From assembly GCF_964355755.1 (NCBI RefSeq), contig NC_092672.1, positions 31,688,437 to 31,752,436 of the forward strand: DNA of 64,000 bases. Reading direction: 5' to 3'. A model generated the notes under the pieces. It saw only the letters and a list, made by a program, of their open reading frames with translations. It was not told where the DNA came from and searched no databases. Positions 56,501 to 63,831 of this stretch are shown piece after piece (position 1 is the first letter of the stretch; each line of letters starts with the position of its first letter). The position numbers were made by a program, and so were the translations under genes. This stretch comes from Antedon mediterranea (Eukaryota > Animalia > Echinodermata).

Positions 56501-59500
56501 TATAAAGAGCGTGCGTTCACTTAAAAATTACTTAATCTCGGATTGTATCGCGGCCAATTTGCAAATCTAAACAATCCGGTTTGCCTGCAGGTACTATGTG
56601 CGACCGGACACGTTCGTGATATTTTAGTCATTGTAACACCTTTATGGTGAGACATACTTTAATTCTTACAGGGCCATTTGTATCAAATTCACCCGAGAAT
56701 GATAAAAAACATGTACCGATTCGTGATTAACTAAAGTTAGAATTAAATATGTGTTGACATCCACTATCACACCCTCTGACATGGCCCACCCAACAATTTT
56801 GTTTTTTACAGTATAACAAATCTTTTTTGTAAGCATATTTACAGATGTAAGCTTCAACAATTACCATTTGTTTTTATTATAGAGTATATTATTTTGTTTT
56901 TCTGTGATGACCACATAATACACTTATGCAATAATTAGTTTCCAATTGGAAAAATGAATAATATTTTGTTTTTGTTAATAATGGTAATATTAATTTTAAC
57001 AGTCAGCAGATTTTCCCAAAGCACTTAGAAAAAAACCCCATTGAAATATATAACAGTCACGGAAAATTACAAAAAAACTCTTTCTTTGTAAAAGATTATT
57101 ACAAGGTTACAGTATTATTACAAGGTTACAGTACTAGAACCATATTGCTTTACTGGACAAATGGAGCAGTATATACCTTATCCAATATTCCTATGCAAAC
57201 TGGGGGAAATGCAATAGCGTAACTCATACAAGCTAAAAGAAGAGGAAGTGTGTGTTTACCGTTAGCGTTTGTGCTGTGTGTACCAATCACCACAAATTCT
57301 CTCTTCCTTTAGATTTACTCTGTAACTTGTCCTTACAAAACTAAATGATAGTATACTACTGAAAATTGCTGCTAAAAATAGAATTCTTATTCATGTATAA
57401 TATATGTTTGGATAATTAATTACATATAATACACAATTATTTATTAAACATTATGTAAATTTAACATTGTTCGTAGTTTTTTTAGTGGTAATAGAAGAAT
57501 GTTAACTATATACAAATAATAAAATACTTTTATTGCAACTTTTGGGTTGAATTATATTAAAAATATATACTTATACTTAAATGAAAATATATCCTATCCA
57601 TCAACAATAACAATCAAAATACACAAACCATCGAAGAACAGACAAAACAGAAGACAGGAGGAGAAACGACTGTGCAGGGATATTTATGCCTACCACTTGT
57701 GAAAGAGACCAAAGTTTACAATGACATTTTTTGATCGTTCCGTTTTTACTTTTGGAATGCAAAATTCTTTAACTTGTCTTAAATTGTATCTAGATTTAGG
57801 CGCTTTTGGCAGAAGGTGATGTAGTCTATGGGAAGGGTTTTTAAGTTTCTGATAGTAATCCTTGCACAGTCTAGTTCGACGTTCACAGCACAAATGATAG
57901 AAGTGTCAACTTAGGATGGAAATGTCGCCACCGTCATTAAAGAGATACCTTCCTTTTTTGAAACCCCTATTCAAGGGGACACCTCTAAGTAGGTCATATG
58001 TTTTAACACTACAGCAAACCCATATTCAGGGAACATCGAAATTTTAGGTGAGGTCATATATGGTTAAGCACTATGGACAATTCCTATTCAGGAGAGACTA
58101 TTTAGGGGACACCGTTTCCTGAGATCCACCATCCTTACCTACTTTACCCCTACCAAAAACAACCTCTACTATTAACTAGTCATTTAAAAGAAGTCAAGTA
58201 TCTGGTCTACGTGAATTGTATTTTTTTAAAGTAAGCAGAACGTGCCCCTTCCACAGTCATAGCTTTAGGCTGTTTGTTCCAGGTTGCATCAACACTCTTA
58301 TTCTACTCCACTGAACACAAACTCTGATGAACTTTTCAACTTCTAAGACCTACAAAACCTTACATGTTTATTTAATTTTTGCCATTAAAGTCTCGTTCTT
58401 CAGAGGCTAGGCTTCAGTGAGCTTACAGAATTGTAAGCAAGTATTTTTTATAATAAACTCATTGATTTTGTGATTATCCTGACTGACGGCCATTCAAATG
58501 CAAGATTTGTTACAAATTTTTATAATCCCATATTGAATGAATTCAATAAACCAATGGAATGTGTTACTGTACAATATTAAGTTATTAGATTCCCAGACAA
58601 GAATATGCAATTTCATGCATGCTAAAAATTCTGTCATATTGCTCTAGTGACTCCCCCCCCCCCAACCCTCAGCTGGAAATATAACGAACCACAATCCACC
58701 ATAATGAAAAATGAATAATTTGAGCAGTATAGTAACAAATTTGAGATGCTCACATCAATAGCCGCTACAAAATAATATGTTATTGTAGATCTCTAACAAT
58801 ATAGCTGTAAAACCTATCCCTTAGGACAACATCCCTATTTATGGGACATTTTCAATGAAACAAATTAGGGTAAATCTATCTTTTACTACAACCAACGCCT
58901 ATACATTTTGTTGGATCCCAAGGGCTTCTATTGCATTCAGGACTGGAAAGTCTAACAATTTTATTACCAATTTTTGTAACCCCTTCAGTATACCAATGCC
59001 ATAAAATATGTGTTTTTTCTAATATTTATAAATATGTCCATCATCATTCAAGCCATTAAAATAATTATATTTTACTAAATTGACAAAGTGCAACTATAAC
59101 GTCTAACTATATAAACCAAGTAAACAAAGGAGTTTATCGACCTTCTATAAATCAGCTGACAGCGTTATATAAATAAGAAACGTTGGCAATATATAGAAAT
59201 GGTAAATATTTGCATTTGTACTTGGGAGACGGCCCTCCATACAAACCCCAGTCATTAGGGACAACAATCTGGGAACACTTATTTCTATGTTATTGTTAAT
59301 ACTTCAAAGTAACTTTAGGCCAAATAAAAAAGTTTGTTAGTTAGTTAGGCTTTGTACAACGAGATAGTTCAAATTCTAGTCACCGTTTACACATCTCAAA
59401 ACGCTTGATGACCGATATACAATTTTATGAAAAAGGTTATGATTCTTTTAATTTTGATGAAATAAAAAAATAAAATAATATTTGATGAGATAGGAGACAA

Positions 59501-62500
59501 TTCAATAAAGTAACAAATTAATATCAAGGAACAATTCTTAACTTTAGTTAAAATTTAAAAAGTCACAAAATGAAATTAAAGTAATTTTGTAACATTGCAC
59601 TGCATTCAAACAATTTTGATTTTTGACGAAAAAAAAAAGAAGTTAATACTTTTGAATAGAACGGATACAATTTTAACTTCTTGGAATGAATTAAATTTGA
59701 AAGAAAAGATTGGCTATTGGCGTTAAGTAAATCAAAAACCTTTGTCATGTATTGTGTCATCAAGCCCAAGATTTAATCTTCAATGTACTGGAAAAGGTTA
59801 ATGATAGAAACCTTAACACAACCATGTTTGGTACTTCATAATACTAAATAAACATTACAGTCATTTCTGTAATGAAATAATTGCCTATATTGCAGCCTGT
59901 GCCTACAACGTTCGATGAGATAAATAATTACTTTGCTCTAAAGGCTAATGATAGGCATACAGTACGTTGAGTGCCAAACATGTTCGTGCCAGGTGAGTCC
60001 CATCAGGCAGACAACATCACTGAATGGTGTCTACAAATAACCACGGCATTGCCTCCTTACAATAACCCACCAACAGTTCTTTGTAATTCCACCCTTTGAT
60101 AGCCTAGCAGGATGATTTTCAGAGAGGCATACCAGCATGTGTGGACATCGTAGGGCAGTAAGTGCTAGGCCTAACTTGGTAATATGAGCACATTGATGTA
60201 GGCCTAAGTTTGTGAAGTGTGCCTTTAAGATTTTCTTACACTTGGATGCCTAAAGGCCTAACAGATGTTGAGAATGTGTAACGGCATCATTTGTCGTCAA
60301 CTTACCTGCTGTCTTATGATAAATGGGTTTCATTAGCAGCAATGAGTACCGAAACAATGTTTATTTTATTTAAATATAATTAATTAAATGATTTGTTTGA
60401 ATTATGTTGATAAAGATTGGGAATTTAGACCACACGGTTGCTGAACCAATACCGGATAAACCGAAAAAAGACAGACAATTATAGTTTTAGATTAAATATA
60501 TGATCAGTCCATCCTATGAAAACATATGAATCATGCTTACATTTGTGTTACCTAGTTTGCTTTAAACTTTATATCAACACCTTAAAACATACCTTGCACA
60601 TCCCCTATGGGACTTTAAAACGCACTGCTGAGTGACGCTACCACTTAGCTATTTCCTGCTTATCATCACATCAGAAAAACATGAACAAAAGTTTACTGGT
60701 AGTATGGAAACAATTCAATAATTTTTAAATTTTTTATTTCAACACATCGAACAGCAAGTAACTCACTAAATACAGGATGAATAAACTTTATCGTTCTTAA
60801 AAAATAAATTTCAATTAAAGCTTAGAAAAAGAAGTAGCAGTTGTGATTTAACAGGAAAAAGATCTTGCGTTTTAATTACTTAAATAAAAAATACAATTCA
60901 ATCTTAAAACAACCTAATTGGTATGTATCTTTCTATCTGTCAATAAAAGAATATGCGTGTCTTTTTATTTAAACAGTGGATCTTCTATTGTTGATGGTAA
61001 ACATACAATCCACACTAATCCAATTATAGGATTATGGGTTTAACAAGGATTAGTAATTTACTAATCTAAATAAATTGGTTATTTCATTGTCCTTTTATTG
61101 ACCAACAATCATAAGTACTTGATTGATAATTGCACAAACCTTTTCAACTATCTAACTTTTATCATAGGCCAAATACCAGATTCATTGTTTTTGCTTATTT
61201 ATTTATTTACCATATAATTTAAATCAAAATAAAGCATGAACTTAATTTTAGCCAAAGGTTTTTGTAAGGAGGGTTTTTTTTCACAAAAGTGAAAAAATCG
61301 TCTTGAGCTAGGCTAGTAGTAGGCTAGGCCTTTACCATCGATTTTTACTGCAAATCTTTAGGTTGATGAAATAGCTAAACAGCAAAAATAAACTAAATTT
61401 AAAGATTGTAAAATAATTATGATACTTTAAAACTTGATCTACACAATTGAACAAAACTGAATTTTTTAACAAGCACAGCACCCTCTATTTTAAATTAAAT
61501 TTATTGCATATATTATTAAACTTAATGAAAAACTGTCCATTTTCTCTAAAAAATAGTATGATACATGTGACTTTTATTAGTCACATTATTTGGTAAAATG
61601 TTTATCTTAAGAACATGTGCAATGTCATATTTTAATATGAAACATGAGAAATGTCTGAAACATGAATTAAAATTAATTTAGAAAAATTCCAATCTACATT
61701 TCCATGTCTGAAAAGATAATTTTAATAACTAAATCAATCTAATTTTTTTCCTAATAAACTTGAAGTCATATCTTGATTATTAAAAAGAAAATGCTGATTG
61801 AACTATCAAAATAGTAATGCTATGCTATTAACTAATTTGAGTTAAAAGCATAAGAATTAATTATGGAAAAAAATATAATTTATCTTTAAGTGCAGGATAT
61901 AAAATAATAAAGTGGTTAATATTGATTGAAAAAAATTAATTGTTTAACTCTTAAGTGTATTATATTAATGGGCCACTACTAAAATAAATTAAACTGGTTC
62001 CTTTATCATACTTATCGGATGTTGCTGCAGCTAGCTAAAGTAGTCTCTTTAGTATGGCTATAAAGGCCTGTTATCAGTTATCATCATAAAATGTCTTTTT
62101 CCTGGACTTCATTTAGTAAGTTGACCTGGATTTAAGGCCTGTTATGTTCTAAAAAATGACATAAAATGACTTTTCCTTGAACTTCTTTTAGTAAGTTGAC
62201 ATGGATCTAAAGACCTGTTATGTTCTTAAAAAATGACATAAAATGTTTTTTTTTCCTGGACTGTATTCTTTCAGTGAAGTTGACCTTCCCCAGAGAGGAA
62301 ACCAGGAGACAACTGCCCATGGTAACCAGGGAAGTAATCAACTCCCCCTTGATGCTCCACCTTCTTAGGCCTACCAAAAAACATACTAAACAGCTGCACT
62401 AAGTAATTACACATACTATTTACATATGTAAATAACAACTTCTATGATTTGGCACACTTCGCAATTATCTGACTCCATGATTTTATATTAGCGGTCCCAT

Positions 62501-63293
62501 GGCATCTTTTTATGACATGTAAGAAAATTTAATAAAATAAACAGGTCACTGATATATATTTTACCTTGGAAGCATTGATGTACTATAACTTTGGAAAAAC
62601 AAATTGAATCCTTTCAAAAAACTAGTCTACTTCATTTTTGGGCAATTTGTGAGTCAATTAGGCACCTAAATATTTCCTGCTGATAAACATACATAAAGGA
62701 AATATTTGCTGGACTCGTTGCCTTTGGTCTCAATGCCTTGATAAGTGATAGGCAACCAAATAAAAGCCCAAAAATTAAGAGGGCAACAAAATCACACTGC
62801 ATTCATTCAATGTATGGCTTACCAAGAGTAGAGAAAGAAAAAACACATTCTGACATCCTGGTTTAAATTGACTGTTTGGGAAAGTATCATCAATAGTCGG
62901 TTTGATGAGGAGAAAATGGTAAGCATGTTGTTGAAACTTATTACATTGACATCCTGTGGCATTCATGACACATTCATAGTATCCACAATGTATGGCTAGC
63001 CCAAGGGTAAAGGAAGAAAATACACTTCAAGACAAAATGGAACCATTCTGACATCCTGGTTCAAATTGACTGTTTGGGAAAGTATCATCAGTAGATGGTT
63101 TGACGAGGAGAAAATGGAAAGCATGTTGATGAAACTTTCTACATTGGTATCAGAGACTGAGAGAATCCTCAATACAGAAGACACTTACCATATTGACATC
63201 TAGGTCCCTGGAAACCGGATTCACACTGACAAGCCTGCGAGTAGCCTCCTGTACAGGTACCACCATTAAAGCACACTCCCGTACTACAAGTAG
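2420..63293 (-). CDS. MEGF6: Multiple EGF-like domains protein 6 (MEGF6/EGFL3)-like secreted protein; 36 coding exons in the window, 5' exons outside it
   Basis: The spliced exons read in one frame (~4,655 nt, all GT-AG phase 1): 10 classical/Ca-binding EGFs, an acidic linker, 24 laminin-type EGF exons and a short non-TM tail. Features matching my recollection of vertebrate MEGF6: ...[10 protein letters not shown].. first EGF, the 8-Cys 'CCQ..C...NC.C' EGF, and linker then C..GSFG..C..SC..C.NGG.C...CNE-TCP. Confidence 0.9.
2641..2777. mobile_element. Small MITE
   Basis: Inverted termini AGAGAGCTTTCGA / TCGAAAGCTCCCT, with inner inverted GACCTAGG / CCTAGGTC. Confidence 0.55.
3018..3134 (+). 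pseudogene. Diverged 5S rRNA sequence
   Basis: Box A and box C recognisable; many substitutions, an internal TTTT, no terminal T-run, solitary intronic copy. Confidence 0.75.
3018..3252 (+). mobile_element. 5S rRNA-derived SINE (SINE3-like) or 5S pseudogene fused to a repeat body
   Basis: 3018-3134 aligns along eukaryotic 5S rRNA (TACCACGTT..CGTCAGATCACCGAAGTTAAGCAAC..GGGCCTGGTTAG..CTTGGATGGGAGACC..CGGGTGCTGTA); 3180-3252 recurs inverted at ~33048-33122. Confidence 0.75.
3644..3836. mobile_element. pogo/Tigger-type MITE remnant with CTATTCAAGGGACACC motifs
   Basis: The same motif family recurs at ~14240-14600, 26935-27035, 29755-29900, 57960-58120, 58805-58920. Confidence 0.45.
3852..3980 (-). 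CDS. MEGF6: MEGF6-like exon 35
   Basis: [43 protein letters not shown]; 129 nt. Confidence 0.9.
4406..4534 (-). CDS. MEGF6: MEGF6-like exon 34
   Basis: [42 protein letters not shown]; 129 nt. Confidence 0.9.
4876..5004 (-). CDS. MEGF6: MEGF6-like exon 33
   Basis: [43 protein letters not shown]; 129 nt. Confidence 0.9.
5095..5323 (+). mobile_element. Retroelement 3' end sharing its tail with the 36660 SINE
   Basis: About 50 nt identical to the SINE tail, ending (TAT)n; upstream sequence unrelated. Confidence 0.6.
5789..5917 (-). CDS. MEGF6: MEGF6-like exon 32
   Basis: Laminin-type EGF, 129 nt, AG/GT phase 1. Confidence 0.88.
6228..7928. mobile_element. Non-autonomous PIF/Harbinger-type DNA transposon, 1.7 kb
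   Basis: Perfect 30-bp TIRs GGCGTCATCTACAAATTATTTCAGACCACA; TAA duplicated on both sides; subterminal CAGACGCG repeats; no transposase ORF. Confidence 0.85.
8199..8327 (-). CDS. MEGF6: MEGF6-like exon 31 (6-Cys variant repeat)
   Basis: [43 protein letters not shown]; 129 nt. Confidence 0.88.
8637..8765 (-). CDS. MEGF6: MEGF6-like exon 30
   Basis: [42 protein letters not shown]; 129 nt. Confidence 0.9.
8850..9112. repeat. ~80-86-bp tandem repeat, about 3 copies
   Basis: TTCTTTGAACAC...ATGCAGAATGAC.ATT.GACTCAA repeated three times. Confidence 0.75.
9149..9277 (-). CDS. MEGF6: MEGF6-like exon 29
   Basis: [42 protein letters not shown]; 129 nt. Confidence 0.9.
9400..9528 (-). CDS. MEGF6: MEGF6-like exon 28
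   Basis: Laminin-type EGF, 129 nt, AG/GT phase 1. Confidence 0.88.
9835..9963 (-). CDS. MEGF6: MEGF6-like exon 27
   Basis: [43 protein letters not shown]; 129 nt. Confidence 0.9.
10180..10308 (-). CDS. MEGF6: MEGF6-like exon 26
   Basis: [43 protein letters not shown]; 129 nt. Confidence 0.9.
10452..10580 (-). CDS. MEGF6: MEGF6-like exon 25
   Basis: Laminin-type EGF, 129 nt, AG/GT phase 1. Confidence 0.88.
10948..11076 (-). CDS. MEGF6: MEGF6-like exon 24
   Basis: Laminin-type EGF, 129 nt, AG/GT phase 1. Confidence 0.88.
11326..11454 (-). CDS. MEGF6: MEGF6-like exon 23
   Basis: [43 protein letters not shown]; 129 nt. Confidence 0.9.
11541..11965 (+). mobile_element. tRNA-derived SINE
   Basis: A box TAGCTTGGTGG, B box GGTTCAATC; CAAATGAGACTT and tail GCTGTTGGATGC.TA shared with the 35859 copy. 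Confidence 0.6.
11985..12113 (-). CDS. MEGF6: MEGF6-like exon 22
   Basis: Laminin-type EGF, 129 nt, AG/GT phase 1. Confidence 0.88.
12377..12505 (-). CDS. MEGF6: MEGF6-like exon 21
   Basis: Laminin-type EGF, 129 nt, AG/GT phase 1. Confidence 0.88.
12621..12749 (-). CDS. MEGF6: MEGF6-like exon 20
   Basis: Laminin-type EGF, 129 nt, AG/GT phase 1. Confidence 0.88.
12800..13155 (+). mobile_element. LINE (L2/Crack-like) 3' end fragment
   Basis: [28 protein letters not shown]-terminal motif, then a short 3'UTR ending in AATAAA. Confidence 0.65.
13272..13400 (-). CDS. MEGF6: MEGF6-like exon 19
   Basis: Laminin-type EGF, 129 nt, AG/GT phase 1. Confidence 0.88.
13490..13632. mobile_element. ~140-bp Harbinger/Tourist-like MITE, representative of 9 copies
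   Basis: TIR AGCTCTGTCTACACTATCAAA; TAA TSD here and at 16580-16698; other copies at 8434-8561, 9586-9732, 12183-12325, 15174-15310, 17991-18133, 43312-43461, 48412-48497. Confidence 0.85.
13922..14050 (-). CDS. MEGF6: MEGF6-like exon 18
   Basis: [43 protein letters not shown]; 129 nt. Confidence 0.9.
14457..14592. repeat. 34-bp minisatellite x4
   Basis: CCTGAATAGTGGTGTCCYTAAGTCCTTAATAATA. Confidence 0.9.
14619..14744 (-). CDS. MEGF6: MEGF6-like exon 17
   Basis: [41 protein letters not shown]; 126 nt. Confidence 0.9.
14816..15155. repeat. Diverged ~170-bp tandem duplication
   Basis: TGCAATGGTACAAATA..TATTTTCACATGACAGG.AATCTATTTAGGTAT..ACCATAGTGCC occurs twice. Confidence 0.75.
16283..16576. 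repeat. 30-bp minisatellite x~10
   Basis: CACAGTGATTTTGACCTTAACATGTATTCA; explains three spurious repeat ORFs. Confidence 0.9.
17543..17677 (-). CDS. MEGF6: MEGF6-like exon 16
   Basis: [45 protein letters not shown]; 135 nt. Confidence 0.9.
18189..18323 (-). CDS. MEGF6: MEGF6-like exon 15
   Basis: [45 protein letters not shown]; 135 nt. Confidence 0.9.
22165..22320 (+). promoter_or_regulatory. Candidate promoter of the nested TRIM gene
   Basis: Locally GC-richer stretch (~22020-22400) in a very AT-rich intron, with a reverse CCAAT (ATTGG ~22172) and TATATA (~22253) about 430 bp upstream of the ATG; motif evidence only. Confidence 0.25.
22682..25570 (+). CDS. TRIM-NHL protein (TRIM2/3/45/71-like E3 ubiquitin ligase), 962 aa, uninterrupted CDS, nested antisense in a MEGF6 intron
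   Basis: C3HC4 RING ([19 protein letters not shown]); B-box1 (CESC..CSSC.IFLC.YC..AH..H); B-box2 (CEKH..LFC..CQIPLC.VC...H...H); coiled coil; two filamin repeats ([19 protein letters not shown]; [18 protein letters not shown]); NHL repeats ([17 protein letters not shown]; [23 protein letters not shown]). Confidence 0.93.
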   Translation: MSRILKPVPERKGINPYLECDSCNTQYEIGKKMIKTLPCRHTVCRHCVAAVTNDGKRPFVCPRCRHTSESHLRRPNSQELLHQASLAREKSLSNRSLQRQLSQSSISRLDSVPHNVDVNHMIDRYEGERKDILGEAPTCESCDRRAHSTAWCSSCAIFLCRYCIYAHKHLKSLSGHKLYALRDSASNHGRSVYCEKHNTQSMTLFCKAVDCQIPLCNVCVTESHSTSNHDIVELSHVAKEHRKELEKLVDTMVGKEESLLKFVQNAQKMLHEFNTNTMRVERDMKEFFDNCHRVLYEREKHLSEQLSTTTHDMTLQIRTQKENVEKIVNRIDSTYQITQHALQGTDDVEVAQVRNQMKITLRNMRTTLDELSSMNVNIQPLANSYVKFKWDHNTSWESYKEIVRKLGELDASNTAPCLTKVTLNPAFAGQECHLLVQTVDYNIRPKLAGGDKISVTILSSEGKSLVTTIMDKKNGLYEVLYVPPAPGNYELMVNVLDQTVARKDVPLTIHVGALRHTKFPALVGEPSKVLFETFNSKDSLQHIISKAQVTTELHDPRGNLVPINMHYDDNGKFEIMFTPLVIGDHHLTLLIIGNPIRNNPLIIAVHQKIGTQGARPGQFNCLTSLALSPKHHRDVFVADTMWNQRIQRITTKGVYNESYMVPYKDFSLINFDDAGNLYILFLNQKRLFTYGLGSESTLQLRYHSSLPQLQFPHGMAVNSLGQVLISDIGAHCIFVFLQTGSMVKQIGKEGKNRGEFKFPTDICLNLQDQVFVCDMDNRRVQHLDSQGRSMAIFGSETNLKQPTAVALSTEGYLLVLDRSDLSVVVFFLHSGGVVNRIDTNSVASADRLLALHDGYFLKTDNTNHCLQKFKYVEDMGWQSEDETVGHLRAGTPYSMQNGYPSSQYGTYNGSLEEQHRNHTSHYSQPTNERAMNERAMNGPLASSHYSYRHDKSSNSRYGDPRH
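26478..26820. mobile_element. Palindromic MITE downstream of the TRIM stop
   Basis: ~120-bp imperfect inverted arms ATTTACACTAT..AACGATC.ATGATAAATAGATAAA / TTTATCTATTTATCAT.GATCGTT..ATAGTGTAAAT. Confidence 0.7.
27978..28106 (-). CDS. MEGF6: MEGF6-like exon 14
   Basis: [43 protein letters not shown]; 129 nt. Confidence 0.9.
31530..31765. repeat. Degenerate ~20-bp repeat (TTATTCCA..CCAGGGG)
   Basis: About 10 diverged units. Confidence 0.55.
32440..32892 (+). mobile_element. Probable LINE 3' remnant
   Basis: T-rich tract ending AATAAA-(TGAAA)n. Confidence 0.3.
33040..33250 (-). mobile_element. Second copy of the body/tail of the 5S-headed element (headless)
   Basis: RC ACCAGCCAAAGGTGCTTTAAACAGTCGTGGCTTAATCGTCATTCAG..AGACTAATTGACA matches 3180-3246. 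Confidence 0.6.
33282..33410 (-). CDS. MEGF6: MEGF6-like exon 13
   Basis: [43 protein letters not shown]; 129 nt. Confidence 0.9.
33969..34112 (-). CDS. MEGF6: MEGF6-like exon 12, first laminin-type EGF
   Basis: [47 protein letters not shown]; 144 nt. Confidence 0.88.
34248..34775. mobile_element. Probable Kolobok-like (TTAA) non-autonomous element
   Basis: TTAA|AGACCCATTCCCTACA ... TGTAGGGAAT (right end eroded); similar TTAA-AGG ends at ~16035-16052 and ~41582-41600. Confidence 0.4.
34834..34956 (-). CDS. MEGF6: MEGF6-like exon 11, acidic Cys-free linker
   Basis: [40 protein letters not shown]; open frame, AG/GT, phase 1, at the position of the MEGF6 acidic linker. Confidence 0.75.
35134..35426. 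mobile_element. Harbinger-like MITE (related decayed copy at ~17260-17470)
   Basis: TIR CGTGGTTTCCACTA / TAGTGGGAACCACG, flanked by TAA/TTA. Confidence 0.6.
35437..35559 (-). CDS. MEGF6: MEGF6-like exon 10, Ca-binding EGF
   Basis: [41 protein letters not shown]; 123 nt. Confidence 0.9.
35859..36040 (+). mobile_element. tRNA-derived SINE, same family, inserted inside an inverted-repeat element (35772-36085)
   Basis: GTAGCTTGGTG..GTTCAATCC..CAAATGAGACTT..GCTGTTGGATGCGTA; flanked by inverted AAAGTGCAAGTTTGCCACTGT / ACAGTGGCAAACTCGCACTTT. Further head fragments at ~7946-8035 (+) and ~6095-6148 (-). Confidence 0.6.
36330..36461 (-). CDS. MEGF6: MEGF6-like exon 9, 8-Cys Ca-binding EGF
   Basis: [44 protein letters not shown]; 132 nt. 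Confidence 0.9.
36660..36938 (-). mobile_element. tRNA-derived SINE with conserved central domain and L2-type tail
   Basis: RC: B box GGTTCGAATCC; CCAGGTGTATAAATGGGAAC central motif; tail TTAGAGGTTTCACAACATTAGGCGCTATATAAATCCAGGATATTATTATT. Confidence 0.7.
36939..37228. repeat. 63-bp perfect minisatellite x4.6
   Basis: Units start at 36939, 37002, 37065, 37128, 37191; identical. Confidence 0.95.
38380..38547 (-). CDS. MEGF6: MEGF6-like exon 8, atypical 8-Cys EGF
   Basis: [56 protein letters not shown]; 168 nt. Confidence 0.8.
38762..38911 (-). CDS. MEGF6: MEGF6-like exon 7, EGF
   Basis: [49 protein letters not shown]; in-frame donor GTTTG; exact boundaries less certain. Confidence 0.8.
39002..39212. 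repeat. 20-bp minisatellite x~10.5
   Basis: CAGAGCTGGTGACACAGTGT. Confidence 0.95.
39821..39943 (-). CDS. MEGF6: MEGF6-like exon 6, Ca-binding EGF
   Basis: [41 protein letters not shown]; 123 nt. Confidence 0.9.
40372..40494 (-). CDS. MEGF6: MEGF6-like exon 5, EGF
   Basis: [40 protein letters not shown]; 123 nt. Confidence 0.9.
40611..40841. repeat. 230-bp imperfect palindrome with hammerhead-like (Penelope-type) motif
   Basis: Arms are reverse complements; the right arm has CTGAAGA-A-stem-GAAAC-TGTCA-GTC. Confidence 0.75.
40945..41190. repeat. Purine-rich degenerate repeat (GAATGGGAGAGGGAATT)n
   Basis: Nearly C-free + strand with GGG runs. Confidence 0.85.
41222..41347 (-). CDS. MEGF6: MEGF6-like exon 4, EGF
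   Basis: [42 protein letters not shown]; 126 nt. Confidence 0.9.
43042..43164 (-). CDS. MEGF6: MEGF6-like exon 3, Ca-binding EGF
   Basis: [41 protein letters not shown]; 123 nt. Confidence 0.9.
43675..43797 (-). CDS. MEGF6: MEGF6-like exon 2, Ca-binding EGF
   Basis: [41 protein letters not shown]; 123 nt, AG/GT. Confidence 0.9.
45400..45950 (+). mobile_element. Probable LINE 3'UTR remnant
   Basis: T-rich tract ending AATAAA then (TTTGAA)4; includes (GT)n. Confidence 0.35.
46149..48408 (-). mobile_element. 5'-truncated non-LTR retrotransposon (L2/CR1 group, Crack/Daphne-like), RT frame intact
   Basis: RT motifs [27 protein letters not shown]; C-terminal [24 protein letters not shown]; the frame is also open upstream of the called start to ~48408; internally duplicated 3'UTR and (TAAA)n tail at 46149-46170. 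Confidence 0.9.
46665..48408 (-). CDS. LINE ORF2 fragment (reverse transcriptase; endonuclease missing)
   Basis: 496-aa ORF track entry (alternative TTG start) extended upstream by [21 protein letters not shown]...; no stops. Confidence 0.75.
49715..50330 (-). mobile_element. Degenerate LINE 3' end (RTEX/L1-like)
   Basis: Remnant peptides [23 protein letters not shown]; AATAAA followed by an (ATTGA)n tail. Confidence 0.4.
57515..57895 (-). mobile_element. LINE (CR1/L2 group) 3' end fragment
   Basis: [32 protein letters not shown] is the typical ORF2 C-terminus; followed by AATAAA and a (TAT)n-like tail. Confidence 0.75.
62063..62286. repeat. ~75-bp tandem repeat x3
   Basis: CCTGTTAT..CATAAAATG..AAGTTGAC repeated. 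Confidence 0.75.
62808..63140. repeat. Diverged tandem duplication (~180-200 bp)
   Basis: CATTCTGACATCCTGGTT.AAATTGACTGTTTGGGAAAGTATCATCA..GAGGAGAAAATGG.AAGCATGTTG.TGAAACTT occurs twice. Confidence 0.85.
63189..63293 (-). CDS. MEGF6: MEGF6-like exon (1st in window), EGF
   Basis: ttcag|..[34 protein letters not shown]|GTAAG; 105 nt; not in the ORF track. Confidence 0.88.
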
Positions 63294-63646
63294 CTGAAAG
63301 ATATAAACGAATTAAGTTGTTATTTCTAATGATCCTAAAAATGTAGAAAATTTAAATTGTCTATTTTATTACTTTATTCATTAGTATTCTTATTTTTCTT
63401 TTAGGTGTTTCTTTACCACTGTTTGTTTAAACATTTACTTTTCACACAAAATATATAGTACACATAAGTTAAAAACCAAAGTTGTACTAAAGTAAAATTT
63501 GTGTGTGGATGAAAACTAACAAACTTTACAACATTGTCACCAGAAATAAGAGTTACAAAAATAAAACGTATTAAGTAAATGTACACGAGGCATAAAAAGG
63601 AACATTTATCAATATTAATTAGTAGATAAATAATAAATAAATAATA

Positions 63647-63831
63647 CAGTCAACTTTCCCAATACCGGACACTCTTGGGCTGACCAAATATGTCTGGTTT
63701 TCTGGAAAGTCTGATATTCGGAATGTTTTTCTAAATTGTAAAAATGAATTTGGGGCTTTTTAAACCTTGATAAAAGTCTGGTATTGAGAGTTTCTGGTTT
63801 TCAGAGAGTCTGGTATTGGGAAAGTTGACTG
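63647..63831. mobile_element. Tc1/mariner-pogo (Tigger-like) MITE
   Basis: TA|CAGTCAACTTTCCCAATACC ... GGTATTGGGAAAGTTGACTG|TA. Confidence 0.8.
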
